Positions 50,674-57,122 of a stretch of DNA of 64,000 nt are shown here, in pieces. The stretch's first letter is position 1; the number at the start of each line of letters is the position of its first letter. Where the stretch lies: positions 64,001-128,000 of the forward strand of contig JBGCFM010000016.1 of assembly GCA_045106895.1 (NCBI GenBank). Reading direction: 5' to 3'. Origin of the DNA: Polyangiales bacterium (GTDB lineage Bacteria; Myxococcota_A; Polyangia; Polyangiales; Houyiibacteriaceae). The position numbers and the translations under genes were made by a program. The notes under the pieces were generated by a model. That model worked only from the letters and a program-made list of their open reading frames with translations, was not told the DNA's origin and ran no database searches.

Positions 50674-52674
50674 TTACGGAGCTGCCAGCATCGCAGCCGG
50701 ATCGAGAACATCTTCGGCGCGTCCCGCGCGTACCTGCCTTACGAGTGCATGAAAATCGATGCGTTCGAAGCCGCCGGTGCGGAAGAGGCTCAGGACTTCG
50801 TCGACGTTTGAACGCGTCGCGGGCCGCATCGGGCTCGAGAGCTGAAAGGGGTCCGTACGCTCGACCCCAGCCTCCGCGAGGATGATGGCGAACCCCGCTT
50901 CCATGAAGTGACCTCCAAAAGAGACGTGGAGCGTGCCTTCTTGAATCGCGAGCAGACCATCCCGGGTCCAGTCCACCCCGCCAATGAGGACGTCGCTGCC
51001 TGGCTCGCGGCCGGCCTGAACCGTTCCTTGAATGGCTCCGAGGGCCATCGTGTCCGTCGCGCACCAAATGACAACGGGCTGACTCGCGTCCAGCAACGAA
51101 CCTTGGAGCGCCTGACGAACTCCGTCACGAGCCTCGCTTTGGTTGGCGAACCCGGACACAACGCGGGCGGCAATGTCGAAGTCATCATGTTCCGAGAGAG
51201 CACGCTCGAGACCCCGGCGTCGACTGTCCGTTGCAAATTCGCCCTCGGTACCTTGAACGGCGACGACTTGAATTCGTTCGGCCCCGGGCGCCGATTCACG
51301 AAGGGCGTCGACCAGTGAGCGCGCGAGTTCATAGCCGGTCGCTTCATCGTTTGGCCGAAGTGCTGCGACGGCGCTTCGCGGCACGCCGTTGTCGAAGTGA
51401 GTGTTGATGGCGAAGAAGGGGGTCTCCTGTTCTGCCGCTACATTCTCGATGTCTTGGCCGTGGCCGATGAAGTCCTGGCTGATGATCCCGAGCGGACTGG
51501 ATTCGACGGCTTGGCGCGCTTGCCGAATCATCGTTTCGCCATCGTTGTGAGCATCGTAGACGACGAGTCGTTTTCCTAGGCCGACGGCGGCGGCACTCGC
51601 GAACTCCGCGCTCGATGTCCAGAAGGTATCCGTTCTTGGTGTGAGAAGAACGAAGGTCTCGCCCTCGCCCGTATCCATGACGGGCGCGTCCTGTGGTCCG
51701 GCCGGGCGGAACATCGTGGCGGCAAATGCGAAAGCAACGATGAGCGCGGTGAGGACGCCGACCATGAGCCATCGGCGGCTCTTCGGACGTTCGGCGGGCG
51801 CTCGGAGAGTTTGGAGTTCTTCCACGAGGGCGCCCATGTTTGGGAAGCGTGCGTTGGGGTCACGTTGGAGACAGCGCCGAACAAGAGCTGCGAGGGCGGG
51901 ATCGAAAGTGTCGAGCCCTGGAGTTGGTATCTCCGGGCGCTGAAGCCACTCCATCATATCGCTGAGCGAGACCTTTTTGCCCAGAGGGTGCTTGCCCGTC
52001 AGCATCTCGGTCATGAGCAAGCCTAAACTGTAGATGTCTGAGCGTTGGTCGACGTCGTCGTGCTGGAACTGCTCCGGCGACATGTAGCGTGGCGAGCCCA
52101 AGACCTCGTTGTCGCTCGTCGCGTTGTCGGTGTTTCCCAAGAGCTTCGCGACGCCAAAATCCAGGACACGGGCGTTGCCGCCAGCCCCTTGATCTTCGAT
52201 CATGACGTTCGAGGGTTTTAGGTCGCGGTGGATGATGCCCAGCTCATGCGCTTCTTGAAGGGCGCCTGCGACATCCTCGACGATGTCGAGAACCACCGGG
52301 ACGGGGAGGGCGCCGTCTTCCTTGAGGCGTTGCTTGAGCGTCGCCCCAACGACAAGCTCCATCGCGATGTACCAATAGTCTCTATCTTCGTGCTCGAAGC
52401 AGCCGGCGGCGAAGGCCGAGACGGCGTTACGATGCTTGAGCCGTCCGAGGTTTCGCGCTTCGAGGAGGAAGCGTGCGCGGTCACGGTCGCGCGTTGGCCG
52501 CATGAGTTTTAGCGCGACATCGCGCTCGAGTCCTGACTGGTGTGCGAGGAAAACCTGGGCCATGCCCCCTTGGCCGATGAGGGAGCGAATCGTGAGTCCG
52601 TCGTCGATGACCAGACCTTCAGGCACGAGCGGCGGCTCGGCCCGTTTCGGGTCGTCGGTCGTAGCTGCCCCCAT
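50674..52674 (-). CDS. Receptor Ser/Thr kinase with a periplasmic sugar-binding-protein (type I PBP) ectodomain
   Basis: GQGGMA, VALK, HRDLKPSN, LDFG, YMSPE; TM; then DTFW, RRRGL, IWCATDTMALGA, IGGVDW, SFGGHF. Confidence 0.88.
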   Translation of the reverse strand: MGAATTDDPKRAEPPLVPEGLVIDDGLTIRSLIGQGGMAQVFLAHQSGLERDVALKLMRPTRDRDRARFLLEARNLGRLKHRNAVSAFAAGCFEHEDRDYWYIAMELVVGATLKQRLKEDGALPVPVVLDIVEDVAGALQEAHELGIIHRDLKPSNVMIEDQGAGGNARVLDFGVAKLLGNTDNATSDNEVLGSPRYMSPEQFQHDDVDQRSDIYSLGLLMTEMLTGKHPLGKKVSLSDMMEWLQRPEIPTPGLDTFDPALAALVRRCLQRDPNARFPNMGALVEELQTLRAPAERPKSRRWLMVGVLTALIVAFAFAATMFRPAGPQDAPVMDTGEGETFVLLTPRTDTFWTSSAEFASAAAVGLGKRLVVYDAHNDGETMIRQARQAVESSPLGIISQDFIGHGQDIENVAAEQETPFFAINTHFDNGVPRSAVAALRPNDEATGYELARSLVDALRESAPGAERIQVVAVQGTEGEFATDSRRRGLERALSEHDDFDIAARVVSGFANQSEARDGVRQALQGSLLDASQPVVIWCATDTMALGAIQGTVQAGREPGSDVLIGGVDWTRDGLLAIQEGTLHVSFGGHFMEAGFAIILAEAGVERTDPFQLSSPMRPATRSNVDEVLSLFRTGGFERIDFHALVRQVRAGRAEDVLDPAAMLAAP

Positions 52675-52759
52675 TTGCATAGACTACGGCCTCAGCCCTC
52701 CGCCAATCAAGAGCGCGACCTTGCGCCGCGTCGCTTTCGACTGAAGGGTATTTGTGCAC

Positions 52760-53416
52760 ATGGCGATCTTCGAATCATTGCTCGGGTCCTATGACGGGGT
52801 CGTGGTCCGGGAGATGGACCCCGTCGACGCACCCGATCTCAGCGTGCTTCACCCCGAAGAAGCCGCGCTCATGAAGCGTGCTGTCGAGAAACGTCGCAAG
52901 GAGTTTTGCGCTGGACGTGTTCTCGCGCGGGAGGCCTTGGAATCACTCGGTTTTGCCCCGGCGCCGCTTCTTCGCGGAGACGACCGCGCGCCCATCTGGC
53001 CAAGCGGCGCCGTCGGCAGCATCACCCACACACAGGGACACTGTGCCGCAGTCGTGGCACGTTCCGGTCGTATTCGGGCAGTCGGGGTCGACGTCGAACA
53101 GGCCACCTCGCTCAAGCAAGGCGTCTACGAAGCGATCACCACGGAACGCGAGCGGCGAGAGCTTGAAGGCGATGATGCTCTGCGGCTCGGGAAGGTCATC
53201 TTCTCCGCCAAGGAGTGCGCGTACAAAGCTCAGTACGCCCTCACGCAGAAGTATCTTCCGTTCTCAGCGATGTCCGTCGCCATCGACGCCGGCGGGACGT
53301 GGAAGGCGACGTTCAATGTGCCTGCCGGCGATTTTCGACCAGGAGACATCATTGAGGGGCGCTTCGCATACGTCGGAGCGTTCGTCGCGACGGCGACGGT
53401 CCTCGTTGGCCCTTAG
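52760..53416 (+). CDS. 4'-phosphopantetheinyl transferase (EntD-type)
   Basis: KRRKEFCAGR; PIWPSGAVGSITH; GVDVE; FSAKECAYK. Confidence 0.93.
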   Translation: MAIFESLLGSYDGVVVREMDPVDAPDLSVLHPEEAALMKRAVEKRRKEFCAGRVLAREALESLGFAPAPLLRGDDRAPIWPSGAVGSITHTQGHCAAVVARSGRIRAVGVDVEQATSLKQGVYEAITTERERRELEGDDALRLGKVIFSAKECAYKAQYALTQKYLPFSAMSVAIDAGGTWKATFNVPAGDFRPGDIIEGRFAYVGAFVATATVLVGP

Positions 53417-53434
53417 TGCGCCGAACTCGGCGGC

Positions 53435-53474
53435 AAACAGAAAAGGCCGAGCCGTGCGAAGCACGACCCGACCT
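53435..53474 (-). terminator. Intrinsic terminator after the EGF-repeat gene
   Basis: AGGTCGGGTCGTGC-TTC-GCACGGCTCGGCCT, a 14-bp stem with 3 G-U, then TTTCTGTTT. Confidence 0.8.
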
Positions 53475-53494
53475 GTTCAGTTCGCGATACGACT

Positions 53495-56011
53495 TTAGTA
53501 AGCCTGGACGGTGGCCCAGACGTTTGTACCGTCGTCGTACAACACAACCACACCATCATTCGATGGCAAGGCCGCTACCGCTGGCGAAGAACCCGAAGGG
53601 AGCGTCCGGAGTTCAGCTGGGACGAATGCGCTCGCGCCGGCTACTAGACGGTCCAGCTGAATCGTCGAGTCGTCGAGGTTGGACACGACGAAGACGTCGC
53701 CCAGCGCGTTGGAGTCGATGGCTCTCGATTGGGCAAACGAGCCCATGTTCGGGAGGTCGCCGATGACGGTGCTCGTGGAGAGGTCGGACAGATCGAAAGC
53801 ATCGAGGTTGCCGGGCGATTCGTTGGTCCCAGAGACAAATACCGTCCCGTTGGTGAGAGTCCAATCCGAGAAGTAGGCTAGCCCGCTAGGGTTCGTCTCT
53901 ACCCCGTAGGTGACGCCGTGGTCTTCACTCAGCCGCAAGTGAAAGTCCGGCGTATCCGTCGCGCAGAGGACGTTTCCTGTCGATGGGTCGACCATGATTT
54001 CGTGGAACGCATTGGACTGCGCGATGACAGTCTTGATGAAGTTTGTCGCGCCGGCGCCAACCGAGCGATAGATGGCCATGTCGCTGCCCTCGGAGACGGC
54101 GATGAAGATGTCCTCTTCGTAGCTGTCGATGCTGACCTCGCGGTCCGTTGCGGGCCCGAGGAGTTCCGGCACGGTCCAGGTCTCGCCGCTGTCACGGGTC
54201 TCGACGAACTCGAGTCCGTTCGAGGTGACCGCGGCGACGTATGCGACGCCGCCTCCGGCTCCTTCGATAGCGACCTCGAGGACGTCGGTGAGGCCCGTTG
54301 CGAAGGGCGCCCTCCAGTTGAAGCCACCATCCACGCTGCTGGTCACCACAGCAGCGCCGTCGCAGTTGAGCACAGCGTAGAGTCGTCCAAGCTGGTCGGC
54401 CGTTGCCTTACGACCGGTGTTGCTGTTCGACAGAGAACAACTCAGCGTCGCGCCGTCGAGGACATTGATCTCCGTCGGCGGAGTCGTGACTGCGGGGGGA
54501 AGCTGACAGAAGGAGTCGCATCCGTCGCCGTCTACGTCGTTGCCGTCGTCGCACTGCTCCGCGGCGGGTGTGTCAACGAGGCCGTCTCCACATGTCTCCG
54601 TTCCCGTGCAGTCTGCACGGCAGCCGTCACCGCCGACTCGATTTCCGTCGTCGCACACCTCGCTACCAGTACGTGAGCCATCCCCGCAGGTCGGAGGCAG
54701 TTCACAGCCACGTCCGTCGGGGAAGAGGACGAAGCCATCGGGGCAGGAGCTGCACGAGAACGAACCCTCCGCGTCGGCGCATGTGCCGCCATCGGCCACC
54801 ATGCACGCCGCGGCGCCCGCTGCACCGTCGGCGCACTCGTCGATGTCCTCGCACAGAAGCCCACTGCTGGCGACGGCGTAGCCATCTCCGCAGGAAGCGC
54901 ACGCGTAGGACCCGTCGGTGTTTGTGCAGCTTCCGCCGCTTGGGACTCGACACGCCACAGCGCCCATCGCGCCGTCGGCGCACTCGTCGACGTCCTCGCA
55001 CGTCGCAGCGTCACCGCTGACGGAGTAGCCGGCAGCGCAGGAGCCACATGCGTAGGCGCCGTCACTGTTCGTGCAGGAGCCGCCGCTGGATACCTGGCAC
55101 GCGGTGGCACCCGCTGCGCCATCAGCGCATTCGTCGACGTCTTCGCAGGTCAGCCCTTCGCTGGCGACGGCGTAGCCATCTCCGCAGGATTCACAGGCGT
55201 AGGCGCCGTCGTTATTCGTGCAAGCGCCCCCGCTCGCAACTCTGCATGCCACGGCGCCGGCCGCGCCGTCGGCGCACTCGTCGATGTCGTCGCAAGAAGT
55301 CGTGTCTTCGCTGATGGCGAACCCTGCCGCGCACTCGGTGCAGGCGTATCCACCGTCGCTGTTGACGCAGGTGCCGCCATCGCCGCAGGCCAGCGCGCCC
55401 GCGCCCCCTGCAGCGCATTCGTCAACGTCGACGCAAGACTCTTCATCGTCCGCGAGGGCGTAGCCAGCAGGGCAGAAGGTGCAGCGGTAGCCGTCTTCCA
55501 TCGCAGTGCAGACGCCGCCGTCCTCAAGCATACAGGCGCTGTGGCCGGCGGAGCCTTCGGGGCACGTGCCGTCCGATTCGCAGGAGAGGCCGTCGGCTGA
55601 GACCTGCGCGCCGTCGGGGCACGATGTGCAAAGGTATGAACCGTCGCTGTCAGTGCACGAGCCGCCGGAGCAAACGTCCTCGGCAGCGTCGGCGCACTCA
55701 TCGATGTTCTCGCAGCTCTGCGCGTCTTCGGACAGAGCGTAACCCTCGGGGCACTCCGAGCAGACGAAGGAGCCTTCGTGGACGGAGCACTCGCCCCCCT
55801 CGTCGCTCATGCAGGCATCCTGGGCAGCGTCGTCGCATTCGGATGCCACGCAGTTCACACCGCTCGAGTCGAACTCGAATCCTTCTGGGCACTCGCCAAC
55901 GTCGACTCCTGCGTCGCCGACACCGGCGTCGGGGCTAGCGACATCGGCAATGGGGAGAGTGCCGCCGCTATCGTCCGGACAGCCGGTGGTCAGCATGCTC
56001 AAAGCAACCAT
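53495..56011 (-). CDS. Surface lipoprotein: ~8 EGF-like repeats (six calcium-binding type), 2 myxobacterial Cys-rich repeats, Asp-box/BNR propeller
   Basis: TTGC lipobox; D(V/I)DEC...CxNxDGxYxC repeats; CGDG...CDDGN...DGC x2; SxDGG/DSG-xW Asp boxes. True start possibly 56066 (see findings). Confidence 0.85.
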   Translation of the reverse strand: MVALSMLTTGCPDDSGGTLPIADVASPDAGVGDAGVDVGECPEGFEFDSSGVNCVASECDDAAQDACMSDEGGECSVHEGSFVCSECPEGYALSEDAQSCENIDECADAAEDVCSGGSCTDSDGSYLCTSCPDGAQVSADGLSCESDGTCPEGSAGHSACMLEDGGVCTAMEDGYRCTFCPAGYALADDEESCVDVDECAAGGAGALACGDGGTCVNSDGGYACTECAAGFAISEDTTSCDDIDECADGAAGAVACRVASGGACTNNDGAYACESCGDGYAVASEGLTCEDVDECADGAAGATACQVSSGGSCTNSDGAYACGSCAAGYSVSGDAATCEDVDECADGAMGAVACRVPSGGSCTNTDGSYACASCGDGYAVASSGLLCEDIDECADGAAGAAACMVADGGTCADAEGSFSCSSCPDGFVLFPDGRGCELPPTCGDGSRTGSEVCDDGNRVGGDGCRADCTGTETCGDGLVDTPAAEQCDDGNDVDGDGCDSFCQLPPAVTTPPTEINVLDGATLSCSLSNSNTGRKATADQLGRLYAVLNCDGAAVVTSSVDGGFNWRAPFATGLTDVLEVAIEGAGGGVAYVAAVTSNGLEFVETRDSGETWTVPELLGPATDREVSIDSYEEDIFIAVSEGSDMAIYRSVGAGATNFIKTVIAQSNAFHEIMVDPSTGNVLCATDTPDFHLRLSEDHGVTYGVETNPSGLAYFSDWTLTNGTVFVSGTNESPGNLDAFDLSDLSTSTVIGDLPNMGSFAQSRAIDSNALGDVFVVSNLDDSTIQLDRLVAGASAFVPAELRTLPSGSSPAVAALPSNDGVVVLYDDGTNVWATVQAY
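54716..55876 (-). repeat. Tandem ~140-nt coding repeats (EGF-like modules); boundaries approximate
   Basis: Recurrent gccgtcggcgcactcgtcga-type blocks on the + strand. Confidence 0.8.
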
Positions 56012-56266
56012 GAGAAATGAAGCGTTTCGGCGTATGGCCGAGCGATGGCTTGGGGGTTGGACTCACGACTGTTCCTATCCTTGTTGTGTTCGACACCGGT
56101 CAGAGGGACCGTGCGTTCTCAACGCATCAACGGCGCGAAGACCCGTCGCTTGAATGCTCCTCATCCTGAGGAGGCACTTTCGTGGGCGCAGCGTCCGTGG
56201 TCAGCCGTCGAAGCGGACCGCGAATCCATGCGTTGCGCGTCTACCTTCTCCGGGACAGAATCGCGC

Positions 56267-56638
56267 ATGGGTTTGCTTTCAGGGCTCTTCGCGAAAAAAG
56301 AGCCACCAGTTCACGTCAACGACTCCAACTTCGATGAAGAGGTGCTCAAGAGTGACGTTCCTGTCGTCCTCGACGTGTGGTCGCCGAGTTGCGCGCCGTG
56401 CCAGAAGCTTGAAGAGGTCATGTTTGCGCTACGGAAACGCTACGACGGTCGCGTAAAGGTCTGCGAGCTCTCGAGCGCCAATGCACAGAAGACAGCGGCC
56501 AAGCTGCGCATCAGCGCCACGCCCACCGTGCTCTACTTTCAGGGGGGGCGCGAAAAGGACCGCGTCATGGGTTTCCGTTCGAGCGTCTATCACCAGGAAG
56601 CCATCGAGGAGCTTTTTGGTATCGCGCCAAAGCCCTGA
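56267..56638 (+). CDS. Thioredoxin-family protein
   Basis: FDEEVLKSDVPVVLDVWSPSCAPC; ISATPT. Confidence 0.88.
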   Translation: MGLLSGLFAKKEPPVHVNDSNFDEEVLKSDVPVVLDVWSPSCAPCQKLEEVMFALRKRYDGRVKVCELSSANAQKTAAKLRISATPTVLYFQGGREKDRVMGFRSSVYHQEAIEELFGIAPKP

Positions 56639-56654
56639 GGCGAACCCGGCAGCC

Positions 56655-57068
56655 ATGAAGCCTGTGTTCCCGTTCTCACTTGAGGACACGATCTCGGTTC
56701 GTATCGAAGTGCCGCGGGGGAGTCGCGTGAAGCGGTCCGCGTCGGGCCGCGTAGAGTTCGTTTCACCGATTCGCTGCCCCTACAACTACGGAAGTGTTGA
56801 AGGCGAACGCCTCGCTCCCGACGGGGACGCCTACGATGCGCTCGTGCTTGGGCGTCGTTTGCCGTGTGGACACCTGGCCGAAGGGCGCCTCCTCGGCGTC
56901 GTCGATTTTCTCGACCGAGGTACGGAAGATCCGAAGCTGGTCATCGGCGTGTCCATGAGCCCCGCCGATCGCGCCTCTGTTTCACGTTTCTTTCGCCGCT
57001 ATGCTCGAATCAAGCGGCTCCTGCGCTTTACCCGAGAAACTCAGTTTCGTGGGTGGATGAGCCTCTAA
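56655..57068 (+). CDS. ppa: Short family-I inorganic pyrophosphatase-like protein
   Basis: IEVPRGSRVK; YNYG; DGDAYD; DPKL; FFRRY. Only 137 aa. Confidence 0.7.
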   Translation: MKPVFPFSLEDTISVRIEVPRGSRVKRSASGRVEFVSPIRCPYNYGSVEGERLAPDGDAYDALVLGRRLPCGHLAEGRLLGVVDFLDRGTEDPKLVIGVSMSPADRASVSRFFRRYARIKRLLRFTRETQFRGWMSL

Positions 57069-57122
57069 TTTTGCGTCTCGCGAAGTAGGACATTTCTTGA
57101 GAGCCCTGGTAGCTTCGCCGCC

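Noticed and set aside
56154..56212. CTCCTCA-TCC-TGAGGAG hairpin resembling a REP-like element
   Set aside because: Single copy in the window, with no second instance or transposase to support a repeat family.
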